A DNA stretch of 63,699 bases from a virus (IMGVR_UViG_3300024988_000002:1-63699), one strand, 5' to 3'. Counted from the stretch's first letter, positions 10,246-19,967 are shown. The notes: a model not told the origin generated them from the sequence alone. Numbers and translations are program-made.

Positions 10246-10752
10246 TTAACCGGCGGAGACGGTGAGCACGCCCGCGTTATTCCAGACCTGACCGCTAACA
10301 CGAGGATCAGATGTCGGCGGCACCACAACGATTGCGACGGTACCAGTCGGCCCAGTCGGACCAGCCGGCCCGGTGAACCCCGCGCCTGTCGGACCAGTGA
10401 CGCCCGCGCCCGTGGGTCCGGTCGGACCGGTCGAGCCCGGCGACGGACCAGTCGCGCCGATCGCACCCGCGGGACCAGTCGCTCCGGGACCGGTAGGACC
10501 CGTCGCACCTGTTGCGCCTTGTGCGCCGACAGGGCCAGCAGGACCCTGTGCACCGATGGCTGAACCTGTCGGACCCGTGACGCCGGCGGCGCCGGTCGGT
10601 CCAGTCGCGCCTTGCGACGGGCCGGTCGGGCCAGCAGCGCCGGTCGGGCCGGTGGGGCCGCCGATGTTGCCAGCGTTCACGGCATCGACAACCTGCTTCA
10701 ACACGTTGCCGATCATGTTGCGGTCGTAGTTACGGCTGGACAAAATCGCCAT
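10246..10752 (-). CDS. Collagen-like (GPT/GAT repeat) protein, paralog of 9607-10233
   Basis: Shared N-terminal YD...I..VLK.VVD..N...I.GPTG and C-terminal PP.SDP...G.VWN..G.L..S.G. Confidence 0.85.
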   Translation of the reverse strand: MAILSSRNYDRNMIGNVLKQVVDAVNAGNIGGPTGPTGAAGPTGPSQGATGPTGAAGVTGPTGSAIGAQGPAGPVGAQGATGATGPTGPGATGPAGAIGATGPSPGSTGPTGPTGAGVTGPTGAGFTGPAGPTGPTGTVAIVVVPPTSDPRVSGQVWNNAGVLTVSAG

Positions 10753-10787
10753 CAGCGTGGCTCCCTAAAATGTGCCTCCGTACTGGA

Positions 10788-10812
10788 GGCGAGATAGTTG
10801 CGGTTTTCTTAA
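10788..10812 (-). promoter_or_regulatory. 25-bp repeated element (copy 1), candidate late promoter
   Basis: TTAAGAAAACCGCAACTATCTCGCC (minus strand), identical at 19968-19992; both are intergenic, upstream of a minus-strand gene. Confidence 0.55.
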
Positions 10813-11678
10813 GCCTCGACGTAGCTGGCTTGACGGCCGAAGCCGACGATCTTGATCGCGCGTTTGATCGGATAAACGGTCACGATGGAATAAGTGAGCA
10901 GTGGGTACGCGGAGACGGCCGTCGCATGCAGTGTGCAGTAAAGGATGCCGTTGACGCGGGCGACGAAGTTGTCGTGTCGGTGGCCGCAGATGCAGCCGAT
11001 GACCTTATTTCCGAACGACTCAAGAATGGTGCGGACCGCAGCAGCGTTGCTCAGCCCCCACGAAAACCCGTCCAATGCGTAATAGACGGGGTAATGGCAG
11101 AAGATCACGCAAGGGTACGGTGAAGCCGCGATCGTCGCAGACAGCCATGCGCGTTGCGTCGGCGGGATGTAGGAGACGTAAGGGCTGACACCTTGCTGGT
11201 TTGACGAGATCGAAAGATCGTTAGAGTCGTCGTCGGAAAGATAATTTCCGTCGAGCACGATGAATGTCACGCCGCCGCGCGTGAACGAGTACCACTTGCT
11301 CGGTTGGCCGGTGACCGACATCACCTGCTCCTTGGTGAGCCAAGTCACCTCGTGGTTGCCGATATTGTGATATTTCGGCACGTTGACCGCGAGCAAATTG
11401 TCGATGTCCGCCAGGTCGGTCAACGCCGCGCTGGCGTTCGCGGAGCCGTCAATGAAGTCGCCGTTCTGAAACACGAATGCGAGATCGGTGCGCGCATTGA
11501 AGATCGCCGTAATGTCGGGGATCTTCTTCGCCGCGTCCTGAAAATACTTGCCGCCCTGATTGGGGTCCGTCGCCTTGAGCGGGTCATGATGCGTGTCGGT
11601 CACCCAGCCGAACGACACCGACACGCCCTTCGGCCCGAACAGCTCACCCGTTGCCCTGCTAGGGGAGATCAATGCCAT
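10809..11678 (-). CDS. Calcineurin-like metallophosphoesterase
   Basis: TDTH, GDFIDG, GNHE, HYP, GHRH motifs. Confidence 0.85.
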   Translation of the reverse strand: MALISPSRATGELFGPKGVSVSFGWVTDTHHDPLKATDPNQGGKYFQDAAKKIPDITAIFNARTDLAFVFQNGDFIDGSANASAALTDLADIDNLLAVNVPKYHNIGNHEVTWLTKEQVMSVTGQPSKWYSFTRGGVTFIVLDGNYLSDDDSNDLSISSNQQGVSPYVSYIPPTQRAWLSATIAASPYPCVIFCHYPVYYALDGFSWGLSNAAAVRTILESFGNKVIGCICGHRHDNFVARVNGILYCTLHATAVSAYPLLTYSIVTVYPIKRAIKIVGFGRQASYVEA

Positions 11679-11682
11679 GGCG

Positions 11683-12669
11683 TCACCCGAAATAGTTATG
11701 CAGGTCGGTGGCCTGCTGTGTAGTGAGCGGCGCGGTCACAAGCACGGCTGACACCTTGCCCTGCCACCAGTTCGAAGCGGCAAGTGCGGGGATCGTGCCC
11801 ACCGTGAACAGCGTCGGTGTGCTGGTGTTCGGCACCACGGCAGCGGTCACCGCGCCGGCGCTGTCAACGTCTATCGACGTTTGGGTCGCACCGTGGATGC
11901 TGCGCAAAACATGCACACCGGATAAATCGACATGGGTGTCGGTAGCGTTCGTGGCCGCGGCGCCGGTGCCGGTGTAGGAACGGGCGCGGTTGACGCCGCC
12001 GACAGGAAGACGGGCGACAGAGCGGCCGTTGACAACGCTGGTGGCAGCGTACCCCGCCACATGGCGCGTAGTGGCGTCGGCTGCGGCCACATCCTGCGAA
12101 CACACCACCCAGATTTCGCAAGGGGTAGCGCCGGCCGGCAGCAGTGACATGAACGCGGCATCGGTGCATTTGAGATACTGCTGGGCGCCGTCAAAGGTGA
12201 TGCACGGTGCGCCATTGAGCCCCGTCGGGTCGTACACCGGCTTAAGATTGGGGGTCGACTGCGCCAGGTTGGCCCCAGTCACGAGGCCAAGCCACGACGA
12301 CACCGCGTCGGTGTAAGTCGCATCAGAGAGCGCGGTGATCGTGTCGGAGCGGTTGGCGTCCCAGTATTCGATCAGGCTGCTGCCGAGCGCCGTCACCGGA
12401 TTGTAGTTCGACGACGGCCCGGTATAGCCAGGGATAATCACGGTCTTGGCGTTGCGCGCCGCGAGCCCGGTGAGCCCGGTGAGCGCATAGACGTCTTCCC
12501 ACGTCCCGGTCGGGCCCGCCGCCTGCTGCAGTGCGTCGATCTGCCCCCACACGGGAAACGTGCCAGTCGGCCCGGTGAACGCCGGTAAAATCTGGACGCC
12601 TTTGTACGTGCCGGTCGGGCCGAGCGGGCCGTCGAGAACGCGGACAAGTTTCTGGGTGTTGACGGTCAT
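11683..12669 (-). CDS. Putative virion decoration/fibre protein with GPTG motifs and LamG/ConA-like C-terminal domain
   Basis: Four to five GPTG-like motifs in the N-terminal part, then YWDA..SDTIT...VSSW...LNGAPCITFDG...W.GKVS; coupled to the portal gene. Confidence 0.6.
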   Translation of the reverse strand: MTVNTQKLVRVLDGPLGPTGTYKGVQILPAFTGPTGTFPVWGQIDALQQAAGPTGTWEDVYALTGLTGLAARNAKTVIIPGYTGPSSNYNPVTALGSSLIEYWDANRSDTITALSDATYTDAVSSWLGLVTGANLAQSTPNLKPVYDPTGLNGAPCITFDGAQQYLKCTDAAFMSLLPAGATPCEIWVVCSQDVAAADATTRHVAGYAATSVVNGRSVARLPVGGVNRARSYTGTGAAATNATDTHVDLSGVHVLRSIHGATQTSIDVDSAGAVTAAVVPNTSTPTLFTVGTIPALAASNWWQGKVSAVLVTAPLTTQQATDLHNYFG

Positions 12670-14981
12670 CAGCCGACGCCCCCGGCGACCGAACCCTTAA
12701 CGCCCGTCATGTGCGGCGTCAGATGCGTCTGCGGCCCCATCGCCTGTGACGGCGCCGGCGGCTTCATGCCCGACGATTGCCTGGCCGCCTCCTGCATGCC
12801 GCCGTGTTGGCCAGCGTGCATGCCCGGGTCGCTGGAAGCGCCCTGGCCGCCTCCTGGCGCAGCTTCTGGCGCGATCGCGCCCGGCGTACCGATATGCGCG
12901 GGTGGGCCCTCCGGCATATGCGCCCGAGCGGCCAGCACACCAGAAGTGAGCTCGGTCGAGATACGCTTAACGCCAGCCTCAACGCCTTTGTTAACCGCGG
13001 CCACGATCGCTTGTTCGATGTCTCCACCTTGCGCTGCCTGTTGCTGTTGCTGTTTCTCCATCTTCTCGATCTCGGCGTCGGACGGCACCACCTGGTCGCC
13101 CTGAATGCCGATCGTCGAGGACACCGATCGCAGCACCGCGGCGCGACCGCCGATGCCCATGATCTTCATGTCGGTCGGGTTGTTCGTTGCCGTCAGGAAC
13201 TCGATCTGGCGCTGCCGCAGCGTCTCGCGCTGGATCGCCACGCTCACGCCGGTGACGGAAACTTTTTCCTGACCGGTGAGCATCCCGGTGCGATCGGTCA
13301 GCATCAGCAGGTCGAATAACTGCAGCAGGCTTTCCTCGATCACGTCGCGGTCGATGTTCGCGGACACCGTCTGCAGGATCTTCGAGGCGTTGCCCATCAA
13401 CATCGCCAGGCCCGAAGCCGTACGCCCGGCGCCGCCGCCAGCTTGGCCGCCGACGTATTTCGGGATCGCCGACACGTCGTCCGAGATCGAAGTGAACTCC
13501 TGCAGGCACTGGATCAGGGCCTGAGCGTTGTTCGCCGGCATGAAGAAGGAGATCGGTTGCTTGGCGTTGTTGTTCACGGGGTCGGTGCGGGTGTGCCACC
13601 GCTTCCACGGATACATCTCCTCGCCGTTCTCCTCCGGCGCCAGCATGTCGTCGTTGATGACGACCTGCGGCCCCGACGAGATCGACAGGTTGTTGATCAG
13701 CGCGCGCAGCGTGGCGTTGGCGGCTTCCTGCAGGTCGGCGAGCAGATCGGTCAGACCATTGCCGACAGGCGTACCCGGCACTTTCTCAAAACTCGTGATG
13801 AAATACGGATGTCGCTGACGTGGTGAAGGCGACAGGTGTGCCTTGATGACGTGCGAGCCGATAACCCAGACCTGAACATGATAGTCACGAAGCTCGTCTT
13901 GGACAGCGAGGCCGTAATCTTGAAGTACGCGTCCTTGGACATTGCCGTTGAACTCCATCATGGTGATCATCGCTGATCTGTTCCACGCCGGGTTTTCGCG
14001 GCTCTCCAACACGCTGCGCTCGGCGTCGGTGGTGTCCCAGTTGTCATAGAGACCGCCGCGGCCGTACTCGTCGAGCACCGCGCGAATTTCATCGGAGTTG
14101 TAGCCGGGCAGGTCGAGCAGATCGTTGAGCTCGGCGCGCGTCACGCGCAGCTTCTCGATCACGTTGGCGTTGGCGATGTCGGCGACGCCCGGGGTGAACC
14201 AGATGTCAAATGGGCTGACCCGGTTCCACGTCAGCACCGGCGTCTGCTGCACGGTGGCGCTGCCGCTCGCCCAGTCCACCTTGGGCATGATCTTGACTAC
14301 GGGGCCCTTGATGCAGGCGAACGGGAAGATCGGCAGGTCGACGATGAACTCGGCAAGCGCGTGGTAGAAGCTGCCCTCGCGCAGCATGTCCTGGATCTTG
14401 TCCTGAGCATACCGCGCCTGTTGCGCCGCTTTCTTCTTCGCCGCGGTCTCGGCGCCCTCTAGCAACGCCTCGCGTCGCTGCCATAGCTCCTGCGGCGTCG
14501 GCGGCGGTAGCCCGGTTTGCTGAACCTGCTGGCTCTCGGCCTGGATCAGCTTGTCGATTTCCTGCATGATTTCGGGCGGGATGTCCGGATTGGCCGGCGG
14601 GTCGAGCGCCCACGGGATGTCGTCGCCGAGATAGATGTCGCGAAGCAGCGACGCGGCCGCGCGGCACTTCTGGGCAATCAGCCGTGCGAACACCTGGCTG
14701 CCGCCCCATTTACTGATCTCGGCGAGCTTCGTCGGGTCGTACTGGCCATTGAACGTCCGCAACGCCGACAGCATGCGGTTGGACCAGCCGGCGTTGGTGT
14801 TGCGGTGATTGCGAAAAATTTCAAACTGCGTGCGGACATAACCAGCCAACTCAGGATACTGAGGCTGTTGGGTCGCAGTTTGTGCGGCGGCTGCGTCGCT
14901 GTCCCGTTGCTGGATCTGTCGTTCCAGTTCCGCGGGAGGGATTACCTGTAGGACACCGGCCTGGCCAAGCTGATCTGCCAT
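12669..14981 (-). CDS. Portal protein
   Basis: About 770 aa after TerL; ACIKGP, RVSPFDIW, RTASGLAMLMGNA, IDRDVIE motifs; low-complexity C-terminal tail. Confidence 0.85.
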   Translation of the reverse strand: MADQLGQAGVLQVIPPAELERQIQQRDSDAAAAQTATQQPQYPELAGYVRTQFEIFRNHRNTNAGWSNRMLSALRTFNGQYDPTKLAEISKWGGSQVFARLIAQKCRAAASLLRDIYLGDDIPWALDPPANPDIPPEIMQEIDKLIQAESQQVQQTGLPPPTPQELWQRREALLEGAETAAKKKAAQQARYAQDKIQDMLREGSFYHALAEFIVDLPIFPFACIKGPVVKIMPKVDWASGSATVQQTPVLTWNRVSPFDIWFTPGVADIANANVIEKLRVTRAELNDLLDLPGYNSDEIRAVLDEYGRGGLYDNWDTTDAERSVLESRENPAWNRSAMITMMEFNGNVQGRVLQDYGLAVQDELRDYHVQVWVIGSHVIKAHLSPSPRQRHPYFITSFEKVPGTPVGNGLTDLLADLQEAANATLRALINNLSISSGPQVVINDDMLAPEENGEEMYPWKRWHTRTDPVNNNAKQPISFFMPANNAQALIQCLQEFTSISDDVSAIPKYVGGQAGGGAGRTASGLAMLMGNASKILQTVSANIDRDVIEESLLQLFDLLMLTDRTGMLTGQEKVSVTGVSVAIQRETLRQRQIEFLTATNNPTDMKIMGIGGRAAVLRSVSSTIGIQGDQVVPSDAEIEKMEKQQQQQAAQGGDIEQAIVAAVNKGVEAGVKRISTELTSGVLAARAHMPEGPPAHIGTPGAIAPEAAPGGGQGASSDPGMHAGQHGGMQEAARQSSGMKPPAPSQAMGPQTHLTPHMTGVKGSVAGGVG

Positions 14982-15085
14982 TGAGAAGTTCCAACCAAGA
15001 AATTGGCCGGAACGTCCGACGACCCCCCTAAAGGAAAACTTTATGATCAACCGACGATGGTCGCGCCAATTCGGGGGGCCAAAAA

Positions 15086-15385
15086 ATGGAAATGCGCGAC
15101 CAGTCAGCAGTGCAACTTCTTGGGCACACTTTTAGCCTCGGGACGCTGCTGTCAGTCGTCACCGGCCTTCTTCCGTTCGCGGCGTCGCTGGTCGCATTGA
15201 TCTGGTACATCATCCAGATCTTCGAGAGCGATACCTGGCGCCGCCGCGTCGAGCGCAAGCGCCTCAAGCGCATCGCGAAACTGCGCGCCGAGCTGGTCGG
15301 TCTGGAGACGTTGATGCTTATGTCCAAGCTGCAGCAGAAACAGCCGGACGCTTCCGAGCCCGCGGACGCAGCCGCTGAGCGATAA
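15086..15385 (+). CDS. Small membrane protein (holin-like topology), antisense to the structural operon
   Basis: Hydrophobic N-terminal segment(s) FSLGTLLSVVTGLLPFAASLVALIWYIIQIF followed by a basic stretch; fills the TerL-portal gap. Confidence 0.6.
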   Translation: MEMRDQSAVQLLGHTFSLGTLLSVVTGLLPFAASLVALIWYIIQIFESDTWRRRVERKRLKRIAKLRAELVGLETLMLMSKLQQKQPDASEPADAAAER

Positions 15386-16781
15386 TCGGCACCTGACCGC
15401 CGTGCACCACGAGCGCGACGTATTGCAGGTCGTCGGCGACGTGCGAGAAGCCTTCCTTGTCGGTCTTGTCGGGCACGGTGCGAAGCGCGCCGGTCTTCAA
15501 TTTGGTGAAGCGGTAGCCGCCGCTCATGGCGCGGCATAGCCACGGGCAGCCCGCGGCGCTGATCATTAGGGTCGGGCCACCGTTGGTTTGGCGGCTAAGT
15601 AGCGCTTCCACAGCTCGTAGACGCGGCTCAATATCATTTGTCGGGGCAGGGAAGCACGGGAGTCCCATTCGCTGTAGAGCATCAAAGCAGCTCTCCTCCG
15701 AGATCGTGCCCTTGGCGACACCCGATGGGTCCCCGACAACACAGACCTTGAAGCCAAGATACTTGGCTGAGAATAGCCGAGGCTTGAGCGACTGCTGAAC
15801 GTGCTTTTCGAGGCCGACGTTCGTCGCAGGGACTTCTTCATGGACGATCAGCCTCCCAAGGTGGTCCATCTGACAGATCAACGACCACGGGTTACGGCCG
15901 AAGTCCTGACCGATCAAGAGCGGGTATCCGGGGATCAACTGCGTTTCGGGGACGATGTGGAAGTTGCTCTTGAATGTGTTCTTGAACACCGCGGCGCCGC
16001 TCGGGTCGTCGCCATATTCGGCCTTCACATATCGCCGCACCCAGTCGCTCTCCTCGCCATACATCTCGACGAAGCGCTCGTAATACTTGCGGCCCTGCGC
16101 CAGCCGCTTCGGATGCCCCTGCGGCAGCTTGAGGGTCTCCTCGGTCTGCAGCAGCCAGTCGAGGTTTTCAGCGTCGGGCGCGAGACCGGAGGGCTGCTTG
16201 AAGATCTGCACGTCGCCGGGAGTGGCGATGTGCTCCTCCATGAAATTGTGCCAGGGCGTCATTTCGGTCGGGAAGTTGGTGTCGGCGACCCAGCCATGCC
16301 ACGACGGTACGCCATCCGATCCGGACGGATACCGCCCAAGGCGGCCCGACAGCGGCGCGATGACGTCGAGGTTCATCTCAATGCACTCCGACATCCACGC
16401 GCCTGTGAGCTGCATCGACAGCAGCCGCGCCTGGTCCTCCGCGTTCTCCAGCGGGATGAACACCCATTCGCTACGCACGTCGTCGAAGTCGACATAGAAC
16501 GTGTTGTCGCTCACTTTCCAGTTACCTATGCCCTTGAGCCAGTTCTGGCAATCTTTCAGCACGGTGTCCTTAAGTTGCTTCAACGTCTGCCGCACCACGG
16601 CGTGGCGGGTGTGGCGCAAGCCGTCGGCGCCGGGGCGTTGCGACACGCTACGCCGTAACAGCTCGATCACGCAGCCGGTGGTTTTCCCTGAGCCGACGGG
16701 TCCTGCGATCAGCCGGCCAAACGCGTCTGAGCGCATGAACCGCGCGACGGTCGGGGGCGCCCTGTATTTGAGCCCCGCCAT
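15318..16781 (-). CDS. terL: Terminase large subunit
   Basis: Walker A GPVGSGKTT, GAWMSE (Walker B-like), DTN coupling motif, nuclease GQDFG and HVADDLQY. Confidence 0.92.
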   Translation of the reverse strand: MAGLKYRAPPTVARFMRSDAFGRLIAGPVGSGKTTGCVIELLRRSVSQRPGADGLRHTRHAVVRQTLKQLKDTVLKDCQNWLKGIGNWKVSDNTFYVDFDDVRSEWVFIPLENAEDQARLLSMQLTGAWMSECIEMNLDVIAPLSGRLGRYPSGSDGVPSWHGWVADTNFPTEMTPWHNFMEEHIATPGDVQIFKQPSGLAPDAENLDWLLQTEETLKLPQGHPKRLAQGRKYYERFVEMYGEESDWVRRYVKAEYGDDPSGAAVFKNTFKSNFHIVPETQLIPGYPLLIGQDFGRNPWSLICQMDHLGRLIVHEEVPATNVGLEKHVQQSLKPRLFSAKYLGFKVCVVGDPSGVAKGTISEESCFDALQRMGLPCFPAPTNDIEPRLRAVEALLSRQTNGGPTLMISAAGCPWLCRAMSGGYRFTKLKTGALRTVPDKTDKEGFSHVADDLQYVALVVHGGQVPIIAQRLRPRARKRPAVSAAAWT

Positions 16782-17899
16782 CAGGCCGCTTCCTGGAGCT
16801 GCGGCCAGCTCACCCACTCCGGCTTGGCGGCTTGGGTTTGCTCGCGCCCCTCAAGCAGCACTTCCCAGCGCGCGGTGATGCCGTGCTTGGGGTGATCGAA
16901 CCACAACATCTGCGACGGCCGCGAAAACGGCGCGCGCAACTGCAGCATGGCGTACTCGTCGAAGCCCTTGAGCGAATTGTTGACGATGGCGGTCGGCAGC
17001 CAGAGCGCCTGGTGCCAGTGCCCCATCAGAAGGATGTCGAACTCACGCTCGACCTGGCTCTCGGAGCGGTGCGTCTTGATGGCGCCTCGCATAATGGGCC
17101 CGATGGCGCCGATGATCCCGTCGCCGCCCTTCGTCCCCAGGCTGTCACCGTGGGTGAGCATGTATCGCGTACCATACACCTTGAAGTGTGCGTCGGCGCT
17201 CTCGGGGATATAGAACTGGACGTTGCGGGATTTCTTGAAGTGCCGGGCCAGCGCGCAATACACGTTCCACTCATGCGAGGTGAAGACGCGGTCCTTCATC
17301 TGCATCTTCTTGGTCGAGCGGCCGTGGTTACCAACGACACACGGAACGAAGACACGGCCGAATTGGGTCGCGACCGTTTCAAGCCCCGCGCCAATGAGGT
17401 CAATGAGGTCCTCAATCGCCTGTTGCGTAGTCCGATCGTTCGTCTTCGCGAGCTCCTCATGTATATCTCCGCCAAGCATATCCCCCCCGAGGCAGACGAC
17501 AATACCAGGGTACTTATGCTTCGCGTTTCCCATATGGCTGAATGCAAGATCGCACGTCGTCTCGGTAAGACGGCGAACCCGTGTCTTGGCGATGTTGCGG
17601 TTGAACTCATTGACGCCCCCGACCTGGGATTTGAACACCCGCTCGCCATAGTGCCAGTCGCTCCACATCGTGATCGGGCAGCCGCGCTCAGCGCCGGCAC
17701 GGTAGCGAACGATCCACTCGGGCGGGTCGGGATCGTAGGCTGCGATCTTGTAGATCTGCTCGCGGATCTCGCGGGCGGTGTCGTCGCTCTTGCGGAGCGC
17801 GGCGACTTCTTTGCGGAGCGCGAGCAGCTCGGCGTTGCGCTGGCGAATGATTTCGTTGGCGTCAGCCAGCTTATCGTCAAGTGTTTTCTTCGCGCTCAT
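16781..17899 (-). CDS. Calcineurin-like phosphoesterase/exonuclease with N-terminal coiled coil
   Basis: SDWHYGE, GGDML.GDIH, GNHGR, THGD, GHWH motifs. Confidence 0.8.
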   Translation of the reverse strand: MSAKKTLDDKLADANEIIRQRNAELLALRKEVAALRKSDDTAREIREQIYKIAAYDPDPPEWIVRYRAGAERGCPITMWSDWHYGERVFKSQVGGVNEFNRNIAKTRVRRLTETTCDLAFSHMGNAKHKYPGIVVCLGGDMLGGDIHEELAKTNDRTTQQAIEDLIDLIGAGLETVATQFGRVFVPCVVGNHGRSTKKMQMKDRVFTSHEWNVYCALARHFKKSRNVQFYIPESADAHFKVYGTRYMLTHGDSLGTKGGDGIIGAIGPIMRGAIKTHRSESQVEREFDILLMGHWHQALWLPTAIVNNSLKGFDEYAMLQLRAPFSRPSQMLWFDHPKHGITARWEVLLEGREQTQAAKPEWVSWPQLQEAA

Positions 17900-18109
17900 A
17901 TGTATGGCCCCGCAACAATATCGTGTAACGTTCTCAAAATCTCTTTGCGCTCACGCGCCCGTCGGCGCTGTTGCTGCCGCCGGTCCGGCACACGCAGGCG
18001 CCTGGCGGCTTCTAACTGTTGCCCCTTCTCGGCCCCTTTCGGTGAGTGTTTGTAATTCCACGTCACCAACCGGCCCTTCGGCGACTTGCGGTATCGTGCA
18101 CCAGTTGCC

Positions 18110-18817
18110 TTACCCTTTTCCGTCAGCCCGTAACGCCGGCGTCTGATCCGATCCAGGGCTCGCAGGCGCATTGCCTTTTGCTGCGATGACAAGATCGCTA
18201 CCGGCTCCAAGGTCGATAACAATCTGGTATCTCTCTCCTGTGGGGGCAGGCCCAGAAGGTGGAGTGTCGACACCTGCGATTTTTGCAACGACCTTAAATG
18301 CTTCAACAACGTCGCCAAGTTTTTCGGCTGCATTGCCCATGCGGTTGCCGATGACCGGCATCTGCTGTTCAAGCGCGGCGAGCGCTTGCATCCGGAGCCG
18401 CGCTTCTGTCGAGGCGGCGCCTTGCCAGACTTTGACTTCTTGCTGCAGCGTCGCCTTGAAGAACTTGTTGTGCTTGCAGAGGTACTCATACTGGGCCTGG
18501 GTCAGTTTGTATTTCTGCAGGATCGCCGGCAGCAGCCCGATGTCGTGCGCGATCTCCCGCGCGAGCTGCGCCATGGCGACGGTCGTGATGTCCGGAGGAC
18601 CCACGAGAGCTTTGACGGCCTGGACTTCGTCGTCGGTCAGTTCTTTTGGCGTTTGCTCGCTGAGATTGGTCCCGGTCGGGGGATGTGCGCCCCCTGTTCG
18701 GCCTGCAATATCTGCCCCGCTCGCAGGCTCTGCGTCTTGCACCAGGTCATTTACCGTGGCGGTAACAAACCCCGTCTCGATCGTCTCGTCGAGAAACTCG
18801 GTAGGATCGGCGCTCAC
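18110..18817 (-). CDS. Putative terminase small subunit
   Basis: Helical protein upstream of TerL ending in the YQIVIDLG strand; assignment is mainly by synteny. Confidence 0.55.
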   Translation of the reverse strand: MSADPTEFLDETIETGFVTATVNDLVQDAEPASGADIAGRTGGAHPPTGTNLSEQTPKELTDDEVQAVKALVGPPDITTVAMAQLAREIAHDIGLLPAILQKYKLTQAQYEYLCKHNKFFKATLQQEVKVWQGAASTEARLRMQALAALEQQMPVIGNRMGNAAEKLGDVVEAFKVVAKIAGVDTPPSGPAPTGERYQIVIDLGAGSDLVIAAKGNAPASPGSDQTPALRADGKG

Positions 18818-19401
18818 GCCGCCTCCTGCTGTTCATGTCCTTGAAGGTAGCGGCCCAGCATGCCGAGCACCTTGTCGCGCTCCGCGGCAGCGAGGGTGTA
18901 GCCCTGGCCCCAGATCGTCTTGAGCTCGACCCCGTGGGGTCGAAGTTTTTTGCGGATATGGCAGATGACCACGTCGATCATCTTCGGGTCGGTCTCGTCC
19001 GGCGCCAGCATCCGGGTGGTCTCGATCGCCGCGTGCACCTGCGCCTTGGTGATCTGCGGCCGGCGCAGCAGCGCGATGAACACCGCGACCTGCAACCTTG
19101 TCAGCCTAAAGACGGCAGCGAGCGCGAGCCCCAGCGTGTGGTCGTCGAGATTGAGTGCTGACGACCCCGGCTGTTTGCGCGAGCGGCGGAATGTGCCGGG
19201 GGGCCAGTCGCTCTGCGGCAGCTCGACCAGCCGGCCATCCTCGATGGCGTAGCGGAGCACTTCATAGATCTCGTCGCTCGGGGTGTGCGTCGCCCTGGCG
19301 ATGGCCCTAACTGGCACGCCTTCATCGGCGAGGGAGATCATCGTGTCTTCGAGCGGCACGACTTTGAGTGGCGGCTGCGGGATCATGTCAGTGGTTCGCA
19401 A
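18814..19401 (-). CDS. Transcriptional regulator: N-terminal HTH + OmpR/CtrA-type winged helix (no receiver domain)
   Basis: GVPVRAIARAT HTH; DPKMIDVVICHIRKKL...LKTIWGQGYTL resembles the CtrA C-terminal IIDVFICKLRKKL...IETVWGRGY. Confidence 0.8.
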   Translation of the reverse strand: MRTTDMIPQPPLKVVPLEDTMISLADEGVPVRAIARATHTPSDEIYEVLRYAIEDGRLVELPQSDWPPGTFRRSRKQPGSSALNLDDHTLGLALAAVFRLTRLQVAVFIALLRRPQITKAQVHAAIETTRMLAPDETDPKMIDVVICHIRKKLRPHGVELKTIWGQGYTLAAAERDKVLGMLGRYLQGHEQQEAA

Positions 19402-19699
19402 AGAACATGACCAGTATGGTGGCGCAGACGATCGTCGTGCAAATCACCCAAGCAGTAGGAACGCTCATCTTGAAACCCCAAAGGTTGATACCTTGCGGGA
19501 TCGTTGGGGTTTCGTTTTCGAAGCGTCTAGAAAAACAAATGCCAGTGGCATTTGTTTTTATAGCCACGCCGGCGCACGTGCTTCTTATACCGGTTTAGGC
19601 ACAGCCTGCGAGGTCCACCGTAAGGGGGCCGGCAGATACGCCCAGGGAATAACAACCCTGGGCGTTTTTGTTTTGGCGCTTAAGAGCCCCGGGGTGCGG

Positions 19700-19954
19700 T
19701 CATGCGACCTGTTCCCGGGGCTCTCGCGCGGCACCCGACTTCGGCGGCGGGGAAGTGGAAGCGTGCACGGCGTCGATGGCGCGGCAGAGGCGCGTGCTCT
19801 GCGCCACAAACTCGATGATGCTCTCGCGGTCGCACCGCAGCCGCAGTCGCCGGTATGCGGTGTCGAACTCGTCGGCGACGGCATGCAGGTGCATCACAGC
19901 CGTGGAGGGGGGCTGGGTCCGCACGATCTCGCGGGCTTCGAGCAGCAGGTTCAT
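19700..19954 (-). CDS. Hypothetical protein
   Basis: 84-aa ORF just downstream of the 25-bp element. Confidence 0.5.
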   Translation of the reverse strand: MNLLLEAREIVRTQPPSTAVMHLHAVADEFDTAYRRLRLRCDRESIIEFVAQSTRLCRAIDAVHASTSPPPKSGAAREPREQVA

Positions 19955-19967
19955 GCCGCGATCTCAG

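Noticed and set aside
17896-18489. 197-aa ORF overlapping the putative TerS
   Set aside because: Mostly an alternative frame of 18110-18817; only the basic C-terminal part (about 17896-18171) might be real, and support is too weak to call.
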